In this document: one piece after another, positions 31,423-46,246 of the stretch
Layout of the letters: every line of letters begins with the position of its first letter
Numbering within the stretch: position 1 is the stretch's first letter
Assembly: GCF_009914755.1 (NCBI RefSeq)
Contig: NC_060931.1
Reading direction: 5' to 3' (one strand)
DNA: 64,000 bases
From: the human T2T-CHM13v2.0 reference genome, Homo sapiens
Program-made: the position numbers and the translations under genes
Notes under the pieces: model-generated
Database searches by the model: none
The model's input: only the letters and a program-made list of their open reading frames with translations
What the model was told of the DNA's origin: nothing

Positions 31423-33009
31423 GTATGGAGGCAGGTAGGCTAAATATCAGGATGAAAAATCCAACCTTTACCATTTTATGTAAATAAAACTGCTTTTGGC
31501 TTATTCAGGCAGTTCCCATTGTTTAAGTTCCATCTGACACATCACCTTTCTCCTCCGTGAATGAATGAAACGGTTCTGTAAGTATCCAAGTGTGAATGCT
31601 CCATGCGGGCACCCTGTGGACGCTAGGGATGCAGGGAGAGTTAGGATTGATCATCTCTGTCCTCAGGGAACTCACAGTCTCATGGGACAGTGTCCTCCCA
31701 CCAGAGGGCATGATTCCCAGGGGTGAAAGACTTTCCAAGGGGGACTCAAGCATGGAGATTCTATGGAATCCTGTCCTCAAAACCTCAACTTCTATCTATT
31801 CTTTTCTAAAATTGACCTGCTAGAATAAACCTGTGTTCATAATAACCCTTCACAAAAGGGGGGCGTTCCCCCTTGCCTCCCTCAAATTTTACCTGTGCAT
31901 TACCCACAGAGCATAAAACTTTGAGGATATTGAACAAAGGGAAAACCTTTCTCAAAATAATAAATCAAGACATCATAAACCCTTTGAGCTTCCCTTCTGT
32001 TTCTGCCTTGTACACCTCAGTTAAGAATAAAGGGTGGTGTTAGAAGGGGATGCTTTGTCCTGCATGTTTGTGATGTTTGGAATTCTTCAGATGTATGGTA
32101 TGTGGAGTAATGACAAGTTTCATTTTAATGACTTTACCTCTCCCTGTCTACTATGCAAGGAGTTCTTAAGGGAGACTTACAGGAGAACAAGGCAAAGAGA
32201 GCACTGTAAGAAAGACTGAATATTGGAAACAACCCCTACCCATATTTCAATGTAAGCATTTCTTTACACCTGTCCTCAGCACTCATCCCTCAGCTAAGAG
32301 AGCAGTCTCTTCAAAGAGATTTTTGCTATTGATTCTTGTAAACACAGTTGTGATGTTTCCTGAACTATCAACATTTTCAAGGCTATTAAATGAGATGCAT
32401 GAATAAAACTTTTACCCAATCTCTCTCAGATTAGGGTTGTGTTATTAATTAAGGTAGTCAAAATCTGGTTTATCAAATCAGATCATACACTCTTTATTTA
32501 CAGTCATTTGCCATCTTATAAAACATTCAATAATTTTTTCCTGCTATTATTACTAAACAAAATTATATACTAGCTGCTAGACTGATAATTTTTAGCAAAA
32601 TATTCTTTTCACTTTTTAAAATATATAAATTATGTTATAATTATGTTTAACAAGACTATTGGAGTTATTTCTGGTATTTATACATGAGACTCATTTAACT
32701 GTTCCTCAAAACCAAATCATATGCACACAATTACAGAAGGGAGGCCAAGGCTATTACGCTGCACTCTTCTTAAGTAACTGGTAATTTTAGCTGCAAATTA
32801 CATTGCACTATAGCAAATTAAGTAATGAGAATGATTTATTATCTTGTTTATAGAACTTACTTTAAAATGGATAAATATATTAGATCTTCATTATTTTAAT
32901 CTTACTGGAATGTCTAAGTACTCTAACTTACAAATTGCATCTTTTACTTTATTTCCAGTCATATTTCTAATATTCTTTAAAATGTACATTAACACATTTA
33001 TCTGGATTT

Positions 33010-33490
33010 TAAAATGAAGTCAGACATTTTTCTGAAAAAGATCTTATTTGGCTAGTTGGTTTGACAAAGAGGACTGGCTTTGCCATTTATATTATATGGT
33101 AGATATTTTCCACAAATAGAACAACTAAATCTGTAGCTCTAAGATTATGACAGAAGTATATTTAAAGCATGAGCTAAGATTAAATCATATTATTACAATA
33201 TTATATCAGTAAAAGCGTAATGAAATTAGTAATATGTCAATTTTCTTGCCTTTTCATGAGTTAATCTATGTATTTCTCGGTGAAAGAATAGCAGGTGTAA
33301 TTCTCCATCACCTGATAAGGCATGATAAGTCTTTTTTATATACTTCCCAGAAAGTGCATGACTCTGGGACTGGGTAACAAATCTTGCCCCAAGTGAGGTG
33401 TTTTCAAGTTTTTTACGTTCATCAAACTGAAGCAGGACTGACTTGATTGAGTTATTGACTTGTAAATCATTAAAGATGATTTCATGATAA
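33010..33490 (+). mobile_element. Decayed hAT (Charlie/Buster-like) transposase fragment
   Basis: Manual translation from 33060: FDKEDWLCHLYYMVDIFHK*, then frameshifted LNL*L*, DWVTNL (33368) and LIEL (33443), in the order of the hAT WL..L.Y..DIF..LN.LN..LQ, W..NPF and LIEL motifs. Confidence 0.65.
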
Positions 33491-33622
33491 GAGACTTTAT
33501 CATAAATGACATGTGCTTATTTTGTTTGGATCATCTGTATACTACTGATGATAACTCTAACAATACTAATTGATTACTCAACCTGGAAGAAATGGTTTAA
33601 CACTTAGAGCTGGTGATCATAA

Positions 33623-33929
<307 letters not shown>

Positions 33930-34182
33930 AATAATTTTTTTAAAAATTAAATTTAAATCTTTATACATATTTTTATCACAGAAAAGAATGATATAATTAA
34001 TAAAAGACTTTACATCATAAATAGCTATAGCATTAGGAAGAAATTTTGTTGGGGACTTAGAATGGGAATATGATTGCAATGAGAAAAACAAAAGGTATAA
34101 AGTTTCTATGTGATCAAATCAGTATGTATTTTTTCAGGAAATTAAACATTTCATCAGGATTTTGGAATTTATTATATAAGAC

Positions 34183-34537
34183 CTTTAGAGACCTTTATTT
34201 TAATTCTTTAAAAGCTGTTTTCCCTACTGGTGGTGATTGTAATCTTCTATATTACTGGTATTGTTTACTTGCTTTTTCCCTCTAGTTTTTCTTTTCTAAT
34301 TGAAATACACATATGTATTTCTATAGTTTTTCTAGTTTTTCATATATATTTCTCTCTAATTTTTATAGTTATTTTTCATTTTTTCAAATACATTTTTTTG
34401 TTTTTATACATGGATGTACATACATGTAAAATTAGAGAAAATAAAGCAAATAAACAATATTAGAAATGTGAAAGGAGATTGTAACTGTCCTTGATAGGGA
34501 AAACAGCTTTTAAAGAATAAAAGAATGCCATCTAAAG
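34183..34537. repeat. Imperfect inverted repeat of two opposed old L1-like segments
   Basis: Perfect 24-bp core attctttaaaagctgttttcccta (34203-34226) / tagggaaaacagcttttaaagaat (34495-34518) within longer diverged arms. Confidence 0.85.
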
Positions 34538-34790
34538 AACTAGAGTAATATAAATATCATAATAAATAACTTAGGAAATAATACATTCAAATATATATTC
34601 AAATAACTTTTCTGAGTAATAGGTACAAAAAACTAGACAAACTAGAGTTTCATGTGTGTGTCTGTGTATATGCATCTATATATCCTTATCAAAAAATAGC
34701 TGTTTAATTTAGATGGCAACGCTACTTTCCCCTGCCCCTGTTTTGTTTGGTTTTTATTGTTCTGTGGTGGTGGTGGTGGTGATCGTTACT

Positions 34791-35180
34791 ATGTCAGTCA
34801 GGATCCAATCAGGAAATTATGGCAAACTCAAGGTGCCTAATTTAAGGAGCATTTCATAAAAGGACTGTTGACCAAGGCATGGGCAGAGCACAGGAGACGG
34901 CAGGGTGGCTGGGCAGGCATGAGCAGATGCAGGTGGGCACGGGCACTAGCCCAGAAGGAGGAGGAACCCCCAGAGAGGGGCCAGCTCACAGCCCACAGTG
35001 AGGGAACCATGTGGGGGCATGTTCTGACCTTGCACTTCTCCCTCCCTCCAGTCTTCTGTGTGTTCCACATTGGCTGAACCCAGCTGGGAGGCAGCGGGTG
35101 AGGGGGCCCATGAATGCCTCCTCCCAGTCAGCGTCCCAGGACCCTGGCCAGGAAGAGCAAAGTGGGACAGAAGAGGCAGG
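34791..35180. mobile_element. Old MaLR (MLT1-type) LTR
   Basis: agtcaggatccaatcaggaaa..caaactcaa..aaaggactgttgac..aaggcatgggcag..cattggctgaaccca. Confidence 0.5.
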
Positions 35181-35589
35181 TGCAAGGTAGCCTACCCCTT
35201 TTGGGTATTTATTCACTTACTCTTCCTGCTCTCCTTGGGTTTGCTTTGTTCTTTTTATCCTGATTTAAAAAAATGTAAGGATTGAATTTTCGGGTTCTTG
35301 ATTTACATTCTTCTTGTTTACTAACAATAGCAGCTAAACTATACAATATTTAATTACCAGTGACTGTATAGGCACCGCCTAGTCAGAATGCACACTGCCC
35401 TTGGGACTCCTGGAGAGCCCTTGCTGTGCCCGCATTAACCCTTTAGCTGCTGCACCTTGCAAGGGTCGGTTGTCCCCAGAGAGGCTGAAAGCAGTGCTGT
35501 TTTCCAATCCTCACAGAAGCGTTGCCCTGTCCTAACATGGTTCAGCATGGCTGACCCAGCCAGTGCTGGCTAGACGGCAATCCTACGTA

Positions 35590-36050
35590 ATGCTATGGAT
35601 TCCACTGTTGCACATAATTTTATTTGTATTCCTTTTGTGGCATTCTCATTGTCTTTCATTTCTGAGCAGTATGTAATTGCAATTTAAAATTCCTTTTTAA
35701 CCAAAGGTTAAATCGTTAACAAATGGTTAAGGTATTTTTAAACTTCAAAGTTGTATTATTAATACAATATCTATCCTAGTTGCTTTGCAGTCAGAAAATG
35801 TTATCACCACTCTTTATGCATTTCATAATTTATCAAGGTTTTCTTTGAGGCCCTTGTATAATCAATTTTTGGTAAATGGTCCATGGATATTAGAAAACAG
35901 TCTATTCTTTGATTGTAAAGATCTTGAAAGACATCTACTTAACTGATATTATTTAAATCAGAGTCCCTGTATACTGTTATATTTTATTAAATTGATGTGT
36001 CAAATGCTGAAGGAGTTAGGTCAACATCCTCTGCCATGTCTGTGCCTCTC
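35590..36050 (-). mobile_element. Ancient L1 ORF2 fragment
   Basis: gtcagaaaatg..tcaatttttggtaaatggtccatggatattagaaaa..gtctattct resembles the minus-strand endonuclease region. Confidence 0.5.
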
Positions 36051-36316
36051 TCTGTAGCTTTGTTCTGGTCACTGCTGTGTCTCCAAGGACGTATAGGGCC
36101 AATGTTCAGAGACCAGGCAGAGGAGTGGGGCAGACAGAGACCACTGTAGTTTCTTCAAACTGTCTGACCCCATGACGGAGAGATGTTGTACAGTTTATGG
36201 AAGTAGTCTCTGGCCCTGAGTCAGGTAGAAGACAGAATTCCTATTCTGTCTGTCATTTTATATGGTCTTTGTTTTATAAGATGAAAGCTGAGTCTGGTGA
36301 GATGAAGCAGGTTTTT

Positions 36317-36629
36317 GTTTGTTTGTTTGTTTTTGTTTTTGTTTTTTTGAGACAGAGTCTTGCTCTGTCACCCAGGCTGGAGTGCAGTGGTGCAACCTGG
36401 GCTCACTGCAACCTTCGCCTTCTGGGTTCAAGTGATTCTTCAGCCTCAGCCTCCTGAGTAGCTGGGACTACAGGTGTGCGCCACCATGCCCAGCTAAGTT
36501 TTGTATTTTTAGGAGAGACGAGCTTTCACCATATTGGCCAGGCTGATCTCAAACTCCTGACCTCATGATCCGCCCACCTCAGCTTCCCAAAGTGCTGGGA
36601 TTACAGGTGTGTGCCACCGCATGCCAGCC
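36317..36629 (-). mobile_element. AluS (Sg-like)
   Basis: TSD GAAGCAGGTTTTT at 36304-36316 and 36630-36642. Confidence 0.95.
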
Positions 36630-36846
36630 GAAGCAGGTTTTTAATGCCTTAAAGGTTTCTGCTGTGGCAGAAGGCAGTCCATCCACCTTAGCCATCAGCA
36701 CCACTGAGTTTTTCTCTTTCCTGGATCATGGTAAGCTGAAGATGTTGCCTGGTACTGCTCCCCAGATGCCGTGTTAGCCCCAGGGACAAAAGTCTCCACT
36801 AGCCCACATCCTGCTTCCCTTTAGCAGTGTGGCAAATGCAGTGTAA

Positions 36847-37138
<292 letters not shown>

Positions 37139-38964
37139 TGCAGTGTAATCTTAAAGCATCCTTGCACCAGAGGGACCAGCTGTCAAGGGTTCTGTGGCTC
37201 ACAGTCTGATCATAGTGGCAGCATTAGAGTGCTTTCGGACACCATTTTAATAGCTCCTTCTCTGATCACACTCTCCTGTTTGTGTCCCATCCCTAGGCTA
37301 GGCACACATTTTAATGACAGCAACTTATTACCGAGTACATGAAAAAAGCGAGCCCTTTATCTAATAAAATTTTTTAATACTGGAATAAATTTAAACACTC
37401 ACTTACCTTTCTCATCTCTTCATATTTTGCTGCATAGGCACTTTATGCTTGAGTTCTGACCCTGAACCCACTACTGTAAATTAAAATTGAGTCTCAGTTA
37501 GCTATGTATAAAATACACTTTGGGTTCCAGCTAAATGAAGTCCCTTTCTGGGAATACAGATAAGAAATAAGAAACATGTTTCTCTCTACTTCAAGTGCAT
37601 GAGTTCTGGTAACTAGGGTAGGTGTTGGATTATAGTTGAATGTCTATATCAAATTAATGAGAGATACTGTTGCTGCTTTTCATTTGTAGATGAATTGGGG
37701 TACCCTCGAAAGCAGGGAATGTCTCACTCCCTCCAGAATCACTGATTGCAAGGAAGTGAAACCTACCTGAGCTAATTTCAAATGACCGTAAAAGGGGGAA
37801 GAGGACAGAAGGATCAGTGTAATAAGATTATACAACAGACAGCTTTACTTGCAAAATGATGAGGGGCTTAGGCATCACTCCTCTTCTCTTTCTGAACTGT
37901 ATCCTATTTCTTGGCCATGTCCTTACACAGCTCTTGGCGTATGGTTTGGAGGACTTCAAAGACTTAACACCCACCACTCATGTCTTTTAGAATTATCAGG
38001 AAAGGAACTATTTTTGGTCACTGAGCATCTAATTAATTAGCTCCTTTTGGTGCCATGTCCATCTCTGGCCCAAGAGCAGTGTTATCTAGCACAAGCCTGG
38101 CCACCAGCACCCGATCCTTCTGGGGCTGGAGAGTGCAGGATTTCCTCGAAGAAAAGCCTCCCAGGGAGGCCTGTGGGGTCCACTAGAGGGAATGGGGGCA
38201 CAGCACCAGCTAGGTATTAGGAAGAGTTTTAGATTCCCCTTTGGAGGAGAGCTGTGTAAATGGCCCAACAAAGTCTGTGTCAAAAAGGATTTTGAAGCTT
38301 TAGAAACAGGATTTTGCAGGTGAAAACTGATAGTTCATCTTGTATTTTTAACTTAAAAAATCAATACCACAATGCTGGGCCATTCAGTGTAAGATATATT
38401 TAGATCACGGATTGAATTGTTATTCCTGAGCAGCAATATGATCCAAGGGGAGGTGAGAGGAGGCAGGAGGCCTCACTGCTTTCTCCTGCAGCAGCACTGG
38501 GTCACCTTGAGAACCTGCTCATCTGAACCTCTTAGAGCTCAGGGTATTTTTTTCCAAACAAGAGGACAAGACGTATCATGGATCTGAACACAGCAGTGGT
38601 TTAGGATATCACATCTTGGATGCACATCTTTATCTTAGAAGCAATTGGGTCCTGATAACACATTTTGGTGGAGAAGGGAAGGAAGCAAGGAATGGGGTAT
38701 GGCAGGGCAGAGGGAATGAACCTGGCCACAGTGTGCCTGTGACCAGCAGTATAGATCACAGTGTCTTGGAAGGCACAGCAAAGCTGGCTTTGGGCAACAT
38801 TTATACCTAGGGTGTTTTACTCATGGGCTGATAAAGCCACCCTCATCTTCTGGATTGATAGTTCTTGATGAACAAAGCCCAAGGGAAAAGAGCATGTCAT
38901 GGTTTAAGAGGTTCATTAATTTGGAGCAAGTCCCCAGCCAGGATTGGAAGGTGTATAGAGAAAG

Positions 38965-40073
38965 TGATACAACGAGTGGAGGAACATGAGGGCTCTTGTC
39001 TCACGTGATTTAGATAAAATGACACGGACACACGTGGAGTGGTTTTAAGGAGCAGAGAGTTTAATAGACAAGAAAGAAGAAGAAAGAAGGAAGAAGCTCC
39101 CCTGTACAGAGACAGAGAGAGCAGTGCCGGGGAGCCAAGAGAGGGAACTCACCTGTGGGGAACACCAGCCAGGTATATAAACAGGCTGGAGGAGGTGGTG
39201 TTTGATTTGCATAGGGCTCAGGGGATTGGTTTGACCAGGCATGTCATTCATGTAGCCTGCGAAAAAAACTAGCCTTCCCACTCTAGCCTTTTAGTATGCA
39301 AATACAGGGCGCCATGATGTTCTACACATGTGGGGATATGTGGGAGTGGCCATGTTGCCAGGCACATGTAGGGGCAAGGGCAAGAGGACAACAGTGGGAA
39401 TCGCCATGTTGGGTGGACCCAGTTTCTAATGGCCTGCATTTGCATATCAAAGGTTGCCAGCTAGGCTCTAAGACCCAGGGCTTTCCTACTGGACAAGAAA
39501 TGTTTCTGGAGCCGCTTCAAAAACGAAAACTTTCCAAGGACCCCTTTTCCTCTCTGTCTGCCTAAAATAATTTCTTAATAATTTCTACTGTAACAGGACA
39601 AGCAGCAGACAAAACCCCTCCGATACCGAGCTAAAGAAGGAAGGGCTTTATTCAGCTGGGAGCTTCGGCAAGACTCCTGTCTCCAACAACCGAGCTCTCC
39701 AAGTGAGCAATTCCTGTCCCTTTAAAGGGCTTACAACTCTAAGGGGGTGTGTGTGAGAGGGTCATGATCGATTGAGCAAGCAGTGGGTATGTGACTGGGG
39801 GCTGCATGCACCAATAATTAGAATAGAACAGAACAGAACAGAACAGAACAGGACAGGGATTTTCACAGTGCTTTTCTATACAATGTCTGTAATCTATAGA
39901 TAACATAATTGATTAAGTCAGGGGTCGATCTTTAATTACCAGCCCAGGGTGTGGTACAGGGCTGTCTGCTTGTGGATTTCATTTCTGCCTTTTAGTTTTT
40001 ACTTCTTCTTTCTTTGGAGGCAGAAATTGGGCATAAGACAATATGAGGGGTGGTATCCTCCCTTACTACCACA
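38965..40073 (-). mobile_element. LTR9-family (HUERS-P3) solo LTR, interrupted by LTR2
   Basis: Rejoined minus strand TGTGGTAG..ATTATTAAGAAATTATTTTAGGCAGA..CTTTGATATGCAAATGCAGGCC...TATCA; TSD AAAG at 38961-38964 and 40074-40077. Confidence 0.75.
39589..40065 (-). mobile_element. HERV-E LTR2-family solo LTR
   Basis: Minus strand TAAGGGAGGATACCACCCCTCATATTGTCTTATGCCCAATTTCTGCC...GTCCTGTTACA; TSD CTAC at 39585-39588 and 40066-40069. Confidence 0.9.
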
Positions 40074-40174
40074 AAAGGTTCTTTTGTGGGCAGGAAATGG
40101 ACACAGTCTCAGTCAGCTGGGCCAGCCCTCCAGTGTGGTGCTGCTGGGGAAACTGAGGAAGGCTCCTGCAGTGA

Positions 40175-40850
40175 GTTCTGACACCAACTACCTGGTGCTG
40201 GGCCAGACTTCGCAAGTCAACACGGTCCCCCACACACTGCCACAAGGCCATGGGCCCCAGGCCACCTACACTTCTACTAGCTGGCTACAAATTTAGGAGT
40301 TCCCAGTACCCCTTAGGTTTGCTAATTTACTAGAATAACTTTCAGAACACAGGAAAGTGGTATACTTATTATTACAGTTTTATTATAGCAAAAGGAGACA
40401 AATCAGAACCTGCCAAAAGAAGAGCTGCATAGGGTGAGGTCTGGGAGCACCTAGAATGCAACGCTTCCTGTGTCCTCTCCCTGCGGGGTCAGGATGCATT
40501 ACCCTCCCAGCACAGAGTATTGCCAGTAGAGACACTCGCCTGAGTCTTCACGTCCAGAGTTGTTATTGGAGTTTCATATGAAGGCACAGTTGACTGAATC
40601 ATTGGCCATGTGGCTGACCTCAATCACTAGCTCCTCTCCAGAGATCAGGCTGATGTCACGTGACTCAGAGACACAACACTCTAATCACAGCCCTCATCCT
40701 AAGTCATCTCTTAGTCATAAGCTAACTAGCAGCCCACCAGCTCTAGCATAAACTATTAGAGCCTGCCGTGAATAACAAAGGCACTACTATCATCCAAGAA
40801 ATTCTAAGGATTTAGAGGCTACCTCCCAGGAATTGGAAACAAAGTCCAGC
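40175..40850 (-). mobile_element. MER21/MER77-like LTR
   Basis: ttctgacaccaact..ctggctacaaatt..aatttactagaataact..tattacagttttattat. Confidence 0.55.
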
Positions 40851-41719
40851 CAAACTCTAGGACACAGGAATCCTAATCATTTTTGGCTGAGCAGGTACAT
40901 TAAAGAAAATGTTGACGTGTTGGTGCCTGGGCCTGGCAACCAGATAGTAGGTTTAGGAAAGCCACCAATCCCTTCCACCCCCATGGCCTGCCCTGGAACA
41001 AAGGAGAGAAGGGAGACCAGTTTCTTGTGAGCTTTCCATTATGGTGCCCCTTGGCTTTAAAAATGGGCAGGGCTGGGCCAGAAATTCACAGGCCTCCCTG
41101 TGCAGACCATGTGTGGCTGGTGTCACAGAAGGAAGCCATTAGAAATGCATATTCATGATCATGACTCCTACTGCTGGAGAGGGACCATTTGGGCTCAGCA
41201 TTTAGTGCCTACCTCTGCAAGACACTGTGGGCTTGATGAATGTTTTAAAGAATCTTTCTTCTAGTGACCTGGAAGCACCTTGAGTACTATTTGGTAAGGG
41301 GACAGTACATATTACTTTTGTTACTTGGATCCCTTATCAGTTAGTAGGGTTAATTACCTGGGCTTTAGGGCTAAGAGAGTTTAGGTAGGCAGCTGTGAGT
41401 CAACAGTTGCCAGGGGTCCCATTTCACATACACTAGAAGAATGTGATGGTACCTGGCACCACATCTAGAGGATTAGGGAGATCCTGTGGTTTCTGACACT
41501 GTGTTTCCAGGGTCATTTTATATTTTGATCTCTTTAGGCCAAGGATGAAATATGTACCAATCAATCAGAGAAGATAATTGAAATGAAGCCTATTTACCTT
41601 TCCTAACCCTAGTCAGAACCACAAATTTTTAAATCTCCTTATCTCTTAAAGCCTGTAATGCTAAGCCTTGTGCACTAAGTGCTCAGTAAGTATTTGCTAA
41701 ACTAAATGTCAGAGGAATT

Positions 41720-42016
<297 letters not shown>

Positions 42017-42111
42017 AGGGTTAGTTTTTAATTGTTGAGCTGATTGCATTTTATCATCATAGGTTGCAATGCCAAATGACTGTTGCAGAGACGATTATGA
42101 GATGCAGATCC

Positions 42112-42390
42112 TCGTTACTCAAAATGTAGTCCTTAGACCAGAGTGTCCTCACCTGGTAGCTCAATAAAAATGCTTAGTCTCAGACCTACTGAATCAGAAT
42201 CTGCATTTTAACAAGATCTGCAGGCCATTCATATGGACGTTAAGGTTTAAAAGTTCCTCTAGGCCAGCGTTCCTCAACTGTCTTGGCACATGAGAATCTC
42301 AGAGCAATTAGGTCAGAATTTCTGGGGTTGGAACCCAGGCTTCGGTACTTAGTAAAGCTCTCCAGGAAAACCACTGAGGTAAGCATTGCA
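42112..42390. mobile_element. Adjacent MER5-type fragments
   Basis: cagacctactgaatcagaatctgcattttaacaag; cagaatttctggggttggaacccaggc. Confidence 0.65.
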
Positions 42391-42939
42391 AATCACAAGG
42401 AAATAGCCTGGATCCATTCAGAGAACCTGGGTTTTTTTTGCTCTGAAAATAAGAAGCCGAATACTCATGAACCAAGTCAGCTTTCCTTCCAATAAAATCT
42501 GGTTCCATCTCTGTATTTTGCACATCTTTCAAAGATTATGCAAACAATCTTTGAAAGATTATGGACTGTTCTATGTCCAGAAGGTACTTTGTATAAGAGG
42601 GATTGCATTTGGGGCCTTTCTAATCTAGGATCAGATGTTTTCAAAATGTTGACTCTGAAGAGGATTGAAGTGCCTTGAGGAAGAGCACAAGAAATGTACA
42701 ATGCATCTTTCTGGGGTGAGATCTTTTGATCATATTTTCTTCAGCTGCTACTGCTGAATTAGAGTCTAAAGATACTGTTCTTCTTCCATAGAGAGCCAAA
42801 TTCAGTAGGGGGAAGCTTGCTAACACCGGAGTTTCAAATTATTCAATTAGTCTGGAAACCTGACATGTGTGAGATTTGTAGCATTCAGTCTATCTTCCCA
42901 TGGTCACAGGTGACCTTCCCCCACCATGTGGATGCCTGT

Positions 42940-44357
<1,418 letters not shown>

Positions 44358-44409
44358 GATGTATTTGCTATTCCAAAGAACATCGAACTGCATTTAATGT
44401 AAAACATCA

Positions 44410-45260
44410 TGCATTTCTCACCCAGTGCTTACCAGGCCCATGCCAGGAGTTGGGGAATATCAGTAAGACATTATCCCTGCATCTCTAAGTTCATAGCCTA
44501 GTGGAGGCACTGATGTACAAACAAGCACAATACAAAATGATCCGTGTACTTGTAGCTCAAAATCAGATGCCCTGGGAGCCCAGGGGGACACTCACAACCT
44601 AGCTGAGTTCGGGGATGTGGCATTTGTACTTGTGCAGAATGGGAGTCCCAAGCAAAGAAAAAGAATGCACCTTTAACAAAGACTGTGCCATGTGAAAAGG
44701 GGCACAGGTAAGGCCAAGCGCAGTGGCTCACGCCTGTAATCACAGCACTTTGAGATGCTGAGGTGGGCAATTGCTCGAGCCCAGGAGTTCCAGACCAGCC
44801 TGGGCAACACGGCAAGACCCTGGCTCTACAGAAAATAAAAAGTTAGCCGGCCATGGTGGCACACGCCTGTCATCCCAGCTACTCAGTAAGCTGAAGTGAG
44901 AGGATCACCTGAGCCCAGGAGGTTGAGGCTGCAGTGAGCCGTGATTGCACCACTGCCTGGATGATAGAGTAAGGCCTTGTCTCAAATGAAAACCAAACAA
45001 AGAAAGAAAAAGGACCCACGTAGGAAGTGTCTCTGGGATTGCTGGACAGCAGGAGGGACGTGGGTGTAGTGGAGGGAGTGGCTGGGAGAGGCCTGGAAAA
45101 AGGGCAGGGATAAGGCCAGCTTTTCAGGCTGTTTGCTGTGCTGGTGAGTTTGTATTCATCCTGCAGGCAACTCGGGGCCTATTGAGTGTTTTGAGCAAAG
45201 AAATGACATGATTAGATTGGTGGCAGGTAAATCCTGTAGCAAAGGTGTGGGGGAAGATGA
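44410..45260 (-). mobile_element. L2 fragment, interrupted by AluJ
   Basis: atgccagg..tccctgc..catagcctagtgg; ttttgagcaaagaaatgacatgattagatt. Confidence 0.55.
44712..45011 (+). mobile_element. AluJ
   Basis: gagcccaggagttc / gagcccaggaggttgaggctgcagtgagccgtgatt. Confidence 0.9.
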
Positions 45261-45649
45261 CAGGTGACACATTGGAGGTTTGTCAGGGGCCTGGAGATCC
45301 TGGAGATGGACTGAGCCAGATCGAGGGACTCACCCAGCTATCAGATGGTGGCTGGACTGTTTTTCATGGTTGAAGCCATGACTGGAGACTTAAATTATTT
45401 TACAACCATCGAGTTAAAAACAAAGAAGGCTGGCGATAGCAAGTACTGGAAAGAGTGTAAAAATAGGTGAACTGCACAGATGGTGGGAGAATCAACTCTT
45501 CCCTTCCCTTTGGTGAGCACGAAGGCCCCACCTAGCAAAGTGGAGGATGGGCTGACTTACTGCACCAAGAGACGTGGGCTTGTGCATACCCTGGGGAAAC
45601 CACTCATATGTATAACCAGTTGTAGGTAAGAAAGCGATTTGCTTGAAAT

Positions 45650-45800
45650 AGCAAAATAAAAAAACTGGAAACAACCTAAATGCTCATCTGTAGGAGAACA
45701 GATAAATAAATTTTGGAATATACATCAAGGAAATATTATAGAAAGATTAAACCAGAAAACCCGAGATGCCTATATTAATGTAGGTAAGTATCCCAAATAA
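45650..45800 (+). mobile_element. Old L1M 3' fragment
   Basis: aatagcaaaa..ctggaaacaacctaaatgctcatc..agataaataaatt. Confidence 0.6.
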
Positions 45801-45971
45801 GAATTTTATTCCTATAATGTGAGGAACTTTTAAAATTATGATTATGAAACTATTCATGCTACCAAAAAATTATTAAAAACCATGAATAATGATAGAAAAT
45901 GCTGCTGATTTTCTATGAGATCAATATAGAATCTACATAGGATGCCATGATTATTAACTGAATAGATCTTT

Positions 45972-46246
45972 TTTTTTTTGGGACAGGGTCTCACTGTGTC
46001 ACCGAGGCTGGAATGCAGTAGTATGATCGCAGCTGTCTGCAGCTTCGACTGATCATCCTGCCTCAGCCTCCTGAGTAGCTGGGACCACAGGCACATGCCA
46101 CCAACTCAGCTAACTTTTTTTTTATTTTTAGTAGAGACGAGGTCACAGTATGTTGCCCAGGCTGGTCTCGATCTCCTGGACTCAAGCAATCCTCCCGCTT
46201 TGGCCTCCCAAAGTACTGGGATTATAGGTGTCACCATGCCTGGCCA
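45972..46246 (-). mobile_element. AluJ with deletions
   Basis: J diagnostics; TSD tgaataga(t/c)cttt. Confidence 0.9.
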
